A stretch of 63,288 bases of DNA, filler included, from Dehalococcoidia bacterium (GCA_040882355.1; 5 parts of 5 records of this genome joined end to end with filler, not necessarily neighbours in it), one strand, 5' to 3'. Shown: positions 48,323-57,814, numbered from the whole stretch's first letter. Made by a program: numbers and translations. The notes: generated by a model not told the origin, from the sequence alone.

Positions 48323-51300
48323 CTACTCTACCCTGAACACCTTCATTACTTCGTCGCCGAGGTGATTGATGACCTTGACGGCGATGCGGCCCGACTCCGG
48401 CCTGTCGAACGGGCGCGACGTGTCGCTGTGGAGCGTCTCCCACGCCTCCTCGTCGATCTCGGCCTTCAGCGTCGTCTTCAGCGACTTGTAGGGATCGTTC
48501 GCGCCCAGGAAGTAGGCGTGGCGGACGAAGAAGCTCTCCTCATTGTAGTCCGTGTCGATGAACCAGCAGGCGATGCCGTCCGTGCTGTCGCTGCGCACCT
48601 CGCCGGTGCTCGGATCGAACACGTCGACGCCGCGCACGGTGATTTGTGCTTTGTGGTCAGTGGTCAGGGCGAGCGGGAAGTCCGCGGGAGCGAGCGCCTC
48701 GATTGCAGCGAGCGCTTGAGGCCAGACAGCATCCGGCCGATCTCCGCCGACCGCTCCTGCAGCTTGCTCAGCTCCTGCTCCGCCAGCAGCTCCAGCCGGT
48801 GCGCCAGGGTCAGCAACGTCTCGACCTCCGCCAGCGACCCGCTTGCCACGCTCAGAAACTGGAGGTACTCCCCCGTTCCCGTCCGCGCCGCCCCCTCCGC
48901 GATGTTCGCCGGCACCGACACTGCCGCTCTCCTGATCTGGCTCGTCAGCCCGAACCGCTCGCTCTGCGGAAAGCTCTTTGAGACGCGGTAGATCTGCTCC
49001 ACCAAGTCGATTGACCTCTTCCAGACTTCCAAGTCCCGATAGCTCTGCAACTTGGTCATAGTTCGCGACCAGCCTTCCGTTCGCGGCCACCAGCCACTGG
49101 CCACTTATCACCGTAATGTCCGGCTCGCCGAAGATCACGAACAGGTTGCCCTTCTCCGTGCTCTTCAGGTCGCCAGCCATGTGCAGGTCGGCGTTCATGC
49201 GCGCCTTCAGCACCGGCACCGGGCCCAGCTTTGAGAACTCCGTCGCGTGCGCATCGTAGTTGAAGGCGCAGGCGATCAGCACGCCGAAGCCGGCGTCCGA
49301 CGCCTCGCGCGCCGCGGCGACCAGGTCCGGGCGGATCACGGTGCCGAATTCCGGCCCGATGAAGATGCCGGCTCGCTTCTCGTTGTCGCCTTCCTTGTAG
49401 ATGCCCTCGGCGCACACGTACGCGCCGGGCCAGGGCGTGAGCGACGTGAAGACGATGCGGTCCTCCTTGTGCGCCTGCTGCACGCCCGCGACCTTCAGGT
49501 TCTCGATCACCATCTCGGGGAACGACTGCCCGGCGCTGTAGCCGTCGCCGCGGTCGCGCGCCATATCGACCAGCTCGTCGTTCTCGTCGACGCCGAGCAC
49601 GCGGTGCGGCGACAGGCTCTCGACCGTAAGCGGTCCGGCGACGCGGACGACGCGGTTGTCCTGGTACGGCTTGTCGTAGAGGTATTCGAAGTCTGCCTTC
49701 GCCGCGATCGAGGCGTCGATCTCCCTCTGGCGGGCGATGCGCGCCTCCCACCAGGCGACGTGCGCTTCCCTCGCGGCAGCGCTCCAGCCGTCATCCGCAT
49801 CCCGCGGCACCTCCCACTCTTCCCAGCCCTTTTCACCCTTCTTCCTTCTCAATTCATCATTCAGCTCCGCCAGGAGCGGCTCAAGCTGGCCCTGGTATTC
49901 TTCCCAGATCACGTCGATCTCCGCGTTGTTGGCGATCGACTTCAGGGTGACGTGCGGGACGCGCTCGTAGACGAAGCCGTGGCGGAGGTCGCCGTGCGTC
50001 GGTTGGGACGAGGGCGCCGTCTGCGTGACCTCCGCCTCCTTCTGCTGACCCTCTGGCGAGTCCTTGAGCAGGTAGTAGGGATAGCGGGCGCCCATGATCC
50101 GCGCGCGGGCCAACGCGAGGGCGACGCGTGACGTGTCGATGGTGATCCAGCGCCGGCCCCACTGCTCTGCGACGTAGGCGGTCGTGCCGGAGCCACAGGT
50201 CGGGTCGAGCACCAGGTCGCCAGGATCGGTGGTCATCAGTATGCAGCGCTCCACAACCTTTGTGTTCGTCTGGACAACAAAGAGCTTCTCATCGGTGAAC
50301 GCACCCGTCTGAGTGTCGGTCCACACGTTGCTGAACCTGGCTACTGCGAAATCCTGCAGGAACCGTACATATTGAATAGAGTTGGGTGTAGGGCTAGCGA
50401 CTCTGTAGGCGTGGATGAGCCGCAGCATGCCGTCCTCGTTTGTCTTCCAATACCCGCGACCCGGCCGAAACTCTTGTCCGGCGAAGGGCACTGGAAACGC
50501 CGATTTATCTCCACCGCTTTGCGAGGTCAAGTTATCGTGGCGGTAGACCAGCGCTCCCATCGCCAACACATCTGGATCCGCCCGCTCCGCACCTGTCAAG
50601 GCGCGGCGCTCAAGTGGTGCCAATTGCACCCGCCGATAACGTCCGCCGAGGTCCTCGGTCAACCCCTTAGACTTGAAGAGTTGGCGATACTTCAGCATGT
50701 TGTTCTTCCGACCGTACCAGAGCAGGAAGTTGCAGGCTGAATCCAGGTACAGATCACCTAGCCCGGTTGTCGTTCGGAATGAGATGAGAGAGATGAAGTT
50801 CTCTTCCCCGAATATCTCGTCCATCAATGCTCGTACGCGGTGCACGTTCTCATCACCGATCTGTACGAAGAGCGATCCTGAATCCGTGAGCAGGTCACGC
50901 GCCACTGTGAGCCGGTCGCGCAAGTAGGTCAGGTAACTGTGAACGCCGTCCCGCCAGGTGTCGCGGAATGCCTTGACTTGCTCGGGCTCCCGGGTGATGT
51001 GAGTGGCGTTACCGTCGCTGACGTTGCGGCTCGTCGTGCTCCACTGGAAGTTGCTGTTGAACTTAATGCCGTAGGGCGGGTCGATGTAGATGCACTGCAC
51101 CTTGCCGCGCAGCCCCTCGCGCTCGGCCAGGCTCGCCATCACCTGGAGCGAGTCGCCCAGGATCATGCGGTTCGACCAGTTCTGGTCGTGCTGGTAGAAC
51201 TCGGTCCGGTCAACGCCGTCTGGGATGCCGTTGAAGTCGGCGAAGAGGTCGAGCTGCTGGCCCTCGGCTGCGCCGTTGGGCGCATCGCGATGCGCCCCTA

Positions 51301-51436
51301 CACGCGACTGGCGCAGCAGGTCGTCGATGAGCACCTTGGGGTGCACCTTCTCCTGGATGTAGAGCGGCGGTGCCTGGACAACCAGGTCGCTCCAGTCCTG
51401 CTCGTCCTTGCCGCGCCAGACGAGCTGCGGGTCGAG
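48323..51436 (-). CDS. Site-specific adenine DNA methyltransferase (type III Mod-like, beta order), 5' truncated, with an ~450-bp insertion
   Basis: DPPY motif IV precedes DPTCGSGTT motif I; ORF open to the contig edge (LDPQLVWRGKD); conserved-looking C-terminus ACWFIDTDY...IAVKVINHLGDE. Confidence 0.9.
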   Translation of the reverse strand, partial: LDPQLVWRGKDEQDWSDLVVQAPPLYIQEKVHPKVLIDDLLRQSRVGAHRDAPNGAAEGQQLDLFADFNGIPDGVDRTEFYQHDQNWSNRMILGDSLQVMASLAEREGLRGKVQCIYIDPPYGIKFNSNFQWSTTSRNVSDGNATHITREPEQVKAFRDTWRDGVHSYLTYLRDRLTVARDLLTDSGSLFVQIGDENVHRVRALMDEIFGEENFISLISFRTTTGLGDLYLDSACNFLLWYGRKNNMLKYRQLFKSKGLTEDLGGRYRRVQLAPLERRALTGAERADPDVLAMGALVYRHDNLTSQSGGDKSAFPVPFAGQEFRPGRGYWKTNEDGMLRLIHAYRVASPTPNSIQYVRFLQDFAVARFSNVWTDTQTGAFTDEKLFVVQTNTKVVERCILMTTDPGDLVLDPTCGSGTTAYVAEQWGRRWITIDTSRVALALARARIMGARYPYYLLKDSPEGQQKEAEVTQTAPSSQPTHGDLRHGFVYERVPHVTLKSIANNAEIDVIWEEYQGQLEPLLAELNDELRRKKGEKGWEEWEVPRDADDGWSAAAREAHVAWWEARIARQREIDASIAAKADFEYLYDKPYQDNRVVRVAGPLTVESLSPHRVLGVDENDELVDMARDRGDGYSAGQSFPEMVIENLKVAGVQQAHKEDRIVFTSLTPWPGAYVCAEGIYKEGDNEKRAGIFIGPEFGTVIRPDLVAAAREASDAGFGVLIACAFNYDAHATEFSKLGPVPVLKARMNADLHMAGDLKSTEKGNLFVIFGEPDITVISGQWLVAANGRLVANYDQVAELSGLGSLEEVNRLGGADLPRLKELSAERAVRADEPDQESGSVGAGEHRGGGGADGNGGVPPVSERGKRVAGGGRDVADPGAPAGAAGGAGAEQAAGAVGGDRPDAVWPQALAAIEALAPADFPLALTTDHKAQITVRGVDVFDPSTGEVRSDSTDGIACWFIDTDYNEESFFVRHAYFLGANDPYKSLKTTLKAEIDEEAWETLHSDTSRPFDRPESGRIAVKVINHLGDEVMKVFRVE
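48664..49059 (-). CDS. Four-helix-bundle protein (23S rRNA IVP / Avd-like), nested in an alternate frame of the methyltransferase
   Basis: YRDLEVWKRS, FPQSERFGLTSQIRRAAVSVPANIAEG, GSLAEVET; GGAAGG upstream of the ATG. Confidence 0.9.
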   Translation of the reverse strand: MTKLQSYRDLEVWKRSIDLVEQIYRVSKSFPQSERFGLTSQIRRAAVSVPANIAEGAARTGTGEYLQFLSVASGSLAEVETLLTLAHRLELLAEQELSKLQERSAEIGRMLSGLKRSLQSRRSLPRTSRSP

Positions 51437-51536
51437 NNNNNNNNNNNNNNNNNNNNNNNNNNNNNNNNNNNNNNNNNNNNTTAATTAATTAANNNNNNNN
51501 NNNNNNNNNNNNNNNNNNNNNNNNNNNNNNNNNNNN

Positions 51537-51586
<50 letters not shown>

Positions 51587-51626
51587 ACCCAATACTTCCC
51601 TGGGTGGGAGGAAGACCGGTCGTTAC

Positions 51627-52199
51627 CTACTCCTGCGGGAACCCCTCGACCTCACGCAGCTCGATCTCGATCCGCTCACCCTCGAACCCGAGGCGGTACC
51701 ACTGGCCGCGCCTCCCTAGTTCCGGCACACCGGCGAGGCCATGCGCCGCGATCAGGAAGCTCACCAGCGCCGGGATCACGTGGCCGTGCGAGCACGCGAC
51801 GACGCGTCCCTCAGGATGGAGCGCTCGCATCCGCGTGACGCCTGCCAGCGCACTGCCCGCGCCGTGCGCCGCAGCGTTGGCGCGGCGGTTGCCCTCCGCC
51901 TCCCAGCCAGCGGGCGCCCTCCATGCCGCGACCTCTCCGATCTCCGGCAGGACCGTGATCTCCAAACCGAGCCGTTCCGCCAGCGGTTGCAGCGTCTGCC
52001 TGCAGCGCAGCGCCGGGCCCGCGTAGAGCGCGTCGAGGGGCTCCGCGGCCAGTGCGTCGCACTGCGCGCGCGCCTGGCGCTCGCCGAACTCGGTGAGCGG
52101 TCGCGTGTCCTGGTCGCCGGGCCACGCGTCGCGGTCGCCGGCGTCCATGTGGGGCACCAGGTCGATGATCAGCGAGCCGCTGCTACGGGGTTGCGACAT
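51627..52199 (-). CDS. Histidine phosphatase (SixA-like) with an atypical motif
   Basis: LVPHMDAG...RPLTEFGERQA, PALRCRQT, CSHG. Confidence 0.75.
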   Translation of the reverse strand: MSQPRSSGSLIIDLVPHMDAGDRDAWPGDQDTRPLTEFGERQARAQCDALAAEPLDALYAGPALRCRQTLQPLAERLGLEITVLPEIGEVAAWRAPAGWEAEGNRRANAAAHGAGSALAGVTRMRALHPEGRVVACSHGHVIPALVSFLIAAHGLAGVPELGRRGQWYRLGFEGERIEIELREVEGFPQE

Positions 52200-52725
52200 C
52201 CAGCACCCAGATGCTCGCCCTGTAGCCGGGGATCTCGACCGGGCCCATCTCGTGCACGCCGGCGGCAAGGTATGTGCCGACCGGCCCATCGAGGAGCTGC
52301 GACGCTCCCGGTTCGATCGTCACGTCGAACGGCCCGAAGACAACGCGCACCGCCTCCGGTCGCTCGTTCGCGATGCGCAGCACCTGCGGCACGTTCACCT
52401 GTATACAGCGCGGGTCGGGCACGTCCTCAAGGAACGTGATCGTTACCTCCTGCCCGCTTACCGGCTCAGCGCAGATGCCGTCGATCGGTGTCTCGGAGTC
52501 CGGCGGCTTGAGCGAAGACGCGTCCGTCGGTGTCGCTTCGAGCGCTTCAGGCGTGTCGGTGGCCGCGCCGTCCGACGGGTCAGTGGAGCCGCCGCCGTCG
52601 GCGGGCGCTTGCGTGGCGCCGGCCGGTGCGGTTGCCGTCGCGTCGGCGTCGCTTTCGCCGTTGTCGTCGCATGCGACTGCCAGCAGCAGCGCCAGCGCGA
52701 TCAGTAGCAGAACGATATTACGCAT
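52183..52725 (-). CDS. Putative lipoprotein
   Basis: GGAGG RBS; lipobox AVAC; acidic/Thr-Pro linker; small beta domain. Confidence 0.7.
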   Translation of the reverse strand: MRNIVLLLIALALLLAVACDDNGESDADATATAPAGATQAPADGGGSTDPSDGAATDTPEALEATPTDASSLKPPDSETPIDGICAEPVSGQEVTITFLEDVPDPRCIQVNVPQVLRIANERPEAVRVVFGPFDVTIEPGASQLLDGPVGTYLAAGVHEMGPVEIPGYRASIWVLDVATP

Positions 52726-52742
52726 GTTTCGTTGGCCTCCCT

Positions 52743-53438
52743 CTACTCTAGCATCACCCACGTCGACCGCGCGCACGCCACCAGCGACCCGTCCTCGTCG
52801 AACAGCGCAGACCCGGCGAAGCGCTTGCGTCGCTCGTCGCCCAGCGGCCAGCCTGTCACGACGTAGCGCTCGCCCTCGCGCACCGGCGCGAACAGGCGAG
52901 CGGCGAACCGCCCGAGCACCGCCTTCTCCTTCGAGAAGTCCAGCGCCGCGAAGCCGCTCGGACAGTCAAGCGCCGCCCAGACGATCTCGGCCCGGGCGAC
53001 GCCGCCTTCGCAGACCGACGCATCGGGTGCCCACGGCGCCGCGACGAGCGGTCGGTCGGCGACCGCTCCTGCGAAGATGCGCAGGCCGTCGCCTTGCGCG
53101 CGCTCCGGCCCGCACGTGAAGCAAGTTGGGAAGACGTGGTTCTCGAACGCCGGGTAACGAGTGCTTGCGTCCTCCGCGTCCGCGAAGCTTACCGCGTCAG
53201 GCACGTCGAGGCCGACGTCGCTCGGAACACCAGTGGCCACGACGCTCTCGCGATCACGCAGCTCGACGCTCTCGTTCGCTCGTACGATGGTTAGCGGGCG
53301 GTCGAGCGGCGGTGGCAGGCGCAAGGTCACTTCGGCGCTCCCGCCGATCAGCCCGCCGACGACGCCGCAGACGTAGCCGCCGTTGCCCGACTCCGGCGGC
53401 CCGCAGTACCGACGGTCGATGACAATCGTCTCGTCCAT
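52743..53438 (-). CDS. Double hotdog-fold / thioesterase-like protein
   Basis: GPPESGNGGY, CFTCG, WAALDCP, GSALF. Confidence 0.7.
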   Translation of the reverse strand: MDETIVIDRRYCGPPESGNGGYVCGVVGGLIGGSAEVTLRLPPPLDRPLTIVRANESVELRDRESVVATGVPSDVGLDVPDAVSFADAEDASTRYPAFENHVFPTCFTCGPERAQGDGLRIFAGAVADRPLVAAPWAPDASVCEGGVARAEIVWAALDCPSGFAALDFSKEKAVLGRFAARLFAPVREGERYVVTGWPLGDERRKRFAGSALFDEDGSLVACARSTWVMLE

Positions 53439-53479
53439 CGATGCTGTATACCGCACGTCGCTACCCCTGGCGAAACGTC

Positions 53480-53642
53480 GTAGGGACAGACCTTCAGGTC
53501 TGTCCGGCCCGTTCGATGACGCCGCGACGGGGCGCGGAAGGCGCCGTAGCTGCAGACCTTCAGGTCTGCCAGCGCGACCCAAGGATGCGCGAAGGACAGG
53601 GCAGGGAGGACAGGGAAGGACAGGGAAGGACAGGACAGGAAT
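53480..53642. repeat. Two GTAG REP palindromes plus a GGACAGGGAA-type tandem repeat
   Basis: CAGACC-TTCA-GGTCTG hairpins at 53480 and 53546; about 4 purine-rich 10-mers at 53594-53642. Confidence 0.7.
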
Positions 53643-53643
53643 C

Positions 53644-54846
53644 CTACGGGATCGCGCCCTGCTCTTTGAGCGCGATGATCTTGTCCCAGTCGTAGCCAAG
53701 CTCCAGCAGCACCTCCTCGGTGTGCTGGCCCAGCTCCGGCGAAAGGCCGCGCGGCGCGGCGGGCGTCTCGGAGAAGTCGTTCGGCGTGGCAACGAAGGTG
53801 ATCGGCCCGTCCGGCCCGTCGACCTCCGCGAACACGCCCGCCTCCTTCGACACCGGGTCGGCGATGACGTCGCTGATCGTGTTCACGGGCGCCCACCAGA
53901 CGTTCTCGCGGTCGAGCACCTCGCCCCACTCGTCCAGTGTCTTCGTCGCGAAGACACCGTCCAGCTCCGCGACGAGCTCCGGCGCGTGCTCTCGGCGAAC
54001 GGTGATGTTCGAGAACCGTTCGTCTGCCATGAGATCTTCGCGGCCCAAGGCGCGGCAGAGGTCCGGCCAGTGGCGGTCGGCCTGAAGGAGGAGCAGCCAG
54101 AACCAGCGGCCCTCGCCGGTCTGGAAGCAGTTGATGATCGGGTTGATCGCGTGCTCGCGGTCGTACGGCTCGATCGGCACGTTGAAGCGCATCGCCAGCG
54201 AGACGTCCCAGCCCATCATGTAGACGCCGGTGCGCATCAGCGAGCCCGTGACGCGCTGGCCGCGGCCCGTTCGCTCGCGCGCGAGGAGCGCCGCGCAGAC
54301 GGCGCCCGCCGCGCTCATGCCCGTCATGTGGTCGCCCATCCCGCCGCGCTGCTGCGGCAGGGGGGCGCCCTGCGGCACCAGCGACGCCGCGACGCCCGCG
54401 CGCGACCAGAACCCGCCGATGTCGTAGGCGGCGCGGTCGCGGTTCGGGCCGTCCGGCCCGTAGCCCGTGACGTGGCAGTAGACGAGGCGGGGGTTCGACT
54501 GCGAGACGGTCGCGTAGTCGAGGCCGAACTGCTCGAGCACGCGCGGCCGGTTGTTCGTCACCAGCACGTCCGCCTCGTCGACGAGCCGGCGGGCGATGGC
54601 GCGGGCCGCGTCGTTCTCGAGGCTGAGGGCGACGCTGCGCTTGCCCCGGTTGTCCAGCTCGAAGGGCGGGTTGAGCGGCCCGGCCGTGCCGAGCGCGGAG
54701 GCGAAGAGTCCGCGGAACGGGTCGCCGGTGGGTGGCTCGATCTTGATCACATCGGCGCCCCAGTCGCAGAGGATCGCCGCGCACGAAGGCCCGGCGACCC
54801 ACAGCCCCAGCTCGACGACCTTCGTTCCCTCCAGCGCGCCTTCCAT
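53644..54846 (-). CDS. Family III CoA-transferase
   Basis: GGGAGG RBS; GADVIKIE, NRGKRSV, Asp in GMGDH, PELGQHT. Confidence 0.92.
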   Translation of the reverse strand: MEGALEGTKVVELGLWVAGPSCAAILCDWGADVIKIEPPTGDPFRGLFASALGTAGPLNPPFELDNRGKRSVALSLENDAARAIARRLVDEADVLVTNNRPRVLEQFGLDYATVSQSNPRLVYCHVTGYGPDGPNRDRAAYDIGGFWSRAGVAASLVPQGAPLPQQRGGMGDHMTGMSAAGAVCAALLARERTGRGQRVTGSLMRTGVYMMGWDVSLAMRFNVPIEPYDREHAINPIINCFQTGEGRWFWLLLLQADRHWPDLCRALGREDLMADERFSNITVRREHAPELVAELDGVFATKTLDEWGEVLDRENVWWAPVNTISDVIADPVSKEAGVFAEVDGPDGPITFVATPNDFSETPAAPRGLSPELGQHTEEVLLELGYDWDKIIALKEQGAIP

Positions 54847-54978
54847 CTCGATGCCTCCCTCAGCGATATGTGCGGAGATTATAGCAGCGATGAACGCCAC
54901 TGACGGTAGATCACACCACCCCTCCCTGCTACGATAACGCCAGAAACGCAGATCTCTCGCCGACGCGAGCAGGAGGCG

Positions 54979-57015
54979 ATGCGAACGCGGCGCAGCAAGC
55001 GTCGTAGACAGGCGAAGCGGGTCGCGATGGCCCGACGCGTCTCCACCCCCAATACCCTCCCTCTCGAAGCCCTCGATACGCCCGCGGCGACGTCGCAGCG
55101 GCTCCCCTATCTTCCCGGCATCGATGGCCTGCGGGCACTGGCTGTGCTCGCCGTGCTCGTCTACCACGCCGAGCCGGGCTGGCTGCCGGGCGGCTTCCTC
55201 GGCGTCGAAGTCTTCTTCGTCATCAGCGGCTTCCTCATCACCTCGATCCTGCTCGGCCGGTCGCAGGGCGAAGGGCGCCCTCAGATCGGCGCGTTCTGGC
55301 TGAGCCGGGCGCGCCGGCTCTTGCCTGCGGTGGTGGTGATGGTCGGGGCGGTCGTCTCGTACGCGCTGGTGGCGCTCCCGCACGAGGTGGCGGGCCTGCG
55401 TCAGGACGCGGCCGCCGCAGCGGGCTACGCCACGAACTGGTACCTGGTCTTCGATCACCAGTCCTACTTCGAGAGCTTCGGGCGGCCGTCGCTGCTCCGT
55501 CATCTCTGGTCGCTCGCCGTCGAGGAGCAGTTCTACATCGTCTGGCCCTTGCTGCTGACGGCGGGCCTGCGATTCCTGCCGCGCCGCTTGCTGCCGCTGC
55601 TGATCCTCCTGGGCGCTGGGGGATCGGCGCTCCTCATGGCCGCGCTCTACGGCCAGGGCGTCGACCACTCGAGGCTCTACTACGGCACCGACACCCGCGC
55701 GGCGGGCCTGCTGCTCGGCTCCGCGCTGGCGTTCGTCTGGCGGCCGGGCGACACCCCGATAACCGTCGACCGCCGCGCCGTCCGCTGGGGCGTCGAAGCG
55801 ATGGGCGTGGTCGCGCTCGGCGTCCTCGCCTGGCTGCATGTCACGCTCGACGACAATGCGCCGCTGCTCTACCTCGGCGGCCTCGCGATGGTGGACGTGG
55901 CGACGGCCGCGCTGATCGTCGTCGCCGCGTGGCCGGGCGCGCGGGTCGGTGGGCTGCTCGGCGTCGCCCCTCTGCGCTGGCTCGGCACGCGCTCGTACAG
56001 CGTCTATCTCTGGCACTGGCCGGTCTTCATGCTCACGCGCCCCGGCCAGGACGTGCCGCTCGACGGCCTCGAGCTGCTCGCGCTGCGCTTCGCGATCACC
56101 GTCGTGCTCGCCGAGCTGTCGTATCGCCTGATCGAGACCCCGGCGCGGCGCGGAGCCCTGGGTCGGGCGTGGTCGGACCTGCGCGGCGCCTGTGCCGGGC
56201 GCCGCTGGTCGTGGCGCGTTGCTGCGCCCGCGGGCGCCCTCGCGAGCGTGTTTGCGCTGGCCGTCGTGCTGGCTGGCTTCGTCGCGAGCGCGGGCGCGCC
56301 CGAGGTGCCCGCGTACCTCGCCGCGGGCCGTGTGCAGGCCGGCCCCTGGCAGCCCGCGAACGCGTCCGCCGCTCCGGAGCGACCGCCTCCCGCGGGTCCG
56401 ACGGCAACACCCGTGCCGGCGCGAACGCCGCCGCCGACGAGAGCCGCGCCCGCGCGTCCCCCGCCACCAGCGCTGCTCGTGGCGCTCGGACCGACGCCGG
56501 TCCCGACGCAGCGCGCCCCTCAGCCGACCGCGACGCCCCTTCCGTCGGTCAGCGTTGGCCACGCCACCGCCATCGGCGATTCCGTCATGCTGGGCGCAGT
56601 CGATCAGCTCAGCGGCGCCGTCGGCGGCATCAGCATCGATGCCGCGCTCGACCGGCAGGTGTCGGCGGGCATCGACCTGCTCCGCTTCTGGAAGGCGTCG
56701 GGCCAGCTCGGCGACACCGTCATCGTCCACCTCGGCACCAACGGCACCTTCAGCGCCGACCAGTTCGACGAGATGATGCAGGTTCTCTCTGACCGCGGCC
56801 TCGTCGTGTTCATCAACGTCCGTGTGCCGCGCGACTGGGAGGCGCAGAACAACGACGTCCTCGCCGACGGCGTATCGCGCTACCCCAACGCCCGCCTCGT
56901 CGACTGGCACGCCTGGAGCGCGACGCGTCGCGACCTCTTCTACGACGACGCCACCCACGTCAAACCCGCCGGCGCCGACCTCTACGCGGCACTCATCGCC
57001 GCCGCCCTGCGGTAG
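54979..57015 (+). CDS. Acyltransferase-3 + SGNH fusion (OatA-like O-acetyltransferase)
   Basis: IDGLRALAV, GVEVFFVISGFLIT, HLWSLAVEEQFY; GDSV, HLGTNG, DATH; start may be 55027. Confidence 0.88.
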   Translation: MRTRRSKRRRQAKRVAMARRVSTPNTLPLEALDTPAATSQRLPYLPGIDGLRALAVLAVLVYHAEPGWLPGGFLGVEVFFVISGFLITSILLGRSQGEGRPQIGAFWLSRARRLLPAVVVMVGAVVSYALVALPHEVAGLRQDAAAAAGYATNWYLVFDHQSYFESFGRPSLLRHLWSLAVEEQFYIVWPLLLTAGLRFLPRRLLPLLILLGAGGSALLMAALYGQGVDHSRLYYGTDTRAAGLLLGSALAFVWRPGDTPITVDRRAVRWGVEAMGVVALGVLAWLHVTLDDNAPLLYLGGLAMVDVATAALIVVAAWPGARVGGLLGVAPLRWLGTRSYSVYLWHWPVFMLTRPGQDVPLDGLELLALRFAITVVLAELSYRLIETPARRGALGRAWSDLRGACAGRRWSWRVAAPAGALASVFALAVVLAGFVASAGAPEVPAYLAAGRVQAGPWQPANASAAPERPPPAGPTATPVPARTPPPTRAAPARPPPPALLVALGPTPVPTQRAPQPTATPLPSVSVGHATAIGDSVMLGAVDQLSGAVGGISIDAALDRQVSAGIDLLRFWKASGQLGDTVIVHLGTNGTFSADQFDEMMQVLSDRGLVVFINVRVPRDWEAQNNDVLADGVSRYPNARLVDWHAWSATRRDLFYDDATHVKPAGADLYAALIAAALR

Positions 57016-57151
57016 GGCGACAGGCGGCGTGGATGACCGCCGGGCTTCGCGCGAAGCTGCGTGTAGGGGCGACTCGCGAGTCGCCCTTCCGGCATAAGCT
57101 AAGCGATTCGTCGCCGCGTGAGGCGCAGCATGCTTACTCCGAGGTGCCGAG

Positions 57152-57346
57152 TTGAGCGAAACCCAGAGCGCCTTCACCGTGCAGGAGTCGTCTGGCGGCG
57201 GATACGAGGCTCGCGCCATCGTCACGCAGGCCGACACGCTGGAAGAGCCGCGCGAGATGACGGGGGACGCGTTTGGCTGCCACTACGACGACACCGACCG
57301 GCCGTCCGCCATCGCGCTGCGAGCTGCCTCGGCGTCGCCCGACTAG
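57152..57346 (+). pseudogene. Degenerate HicB-like antitoxin remnant
   Basis: GGYEARA..TQADTLEE...DA..CHY resembles HicB-like folds; appears internally shortened; no HicA partner. Confidence 0.4.
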
Positions 57347-57814
57347 CGTTGGCCGGGCGCTACCCTCTGGAAGCTGAGGGTTTCTCCAACCCTCAGACCC
57401 CAACAGCCCGGCCGGCCGTCACCCCTCTCCCGCCTCGCGGGCGAGGGGCTGGGGGTGAGGGAGGCCCCCGCGCCACCGCCCCCTTCGCGCTCTCGCGGCC
57501 CGGGTGTAGCCTGACGCCAACAAGTCATCGTGGGAGGGTGCGGTCGCGGACGCCTGGCGCAGGTTCGGGGACGACTCTCGATCTGCGGGGAACCGGCCAG
57601 GAAAGGCGATTCTGCAAATCGTAATGACACGAAACGCTTGCTTGCCGCGGGTACGGTGCGTGCTCGTCTCGTTTGGCGCCCAGCCACATGCCGCCGACGT
57701 CAGTCGGCGGTCGAGAACCCCCACCCTGCTCGGCCCACCACGCTTCGTGGCCGGGGTGGTACCAGCGACCAGCAACAAGCAACCAAGGACCGGCATCTGC
57801 GCTATGCTGCGCCC

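Noticed and set aside
48664..49059. Diversity-generating retroelement suggested by the Avd-like protein
   Set aside because: No reverse transcriptase and no template/variable repeat pair with adenine-specific mismatches is visible in the window.
53644..57237. 1197-aa ORF and other long antisense ORFs (e.g. 40616-43138, 3826-5589, 57624-59648 upstream part)
   Set aside because: High-GC shadow frames of real genes. Only 53644-54846 and 58836-59648 carry recognisable motifs.
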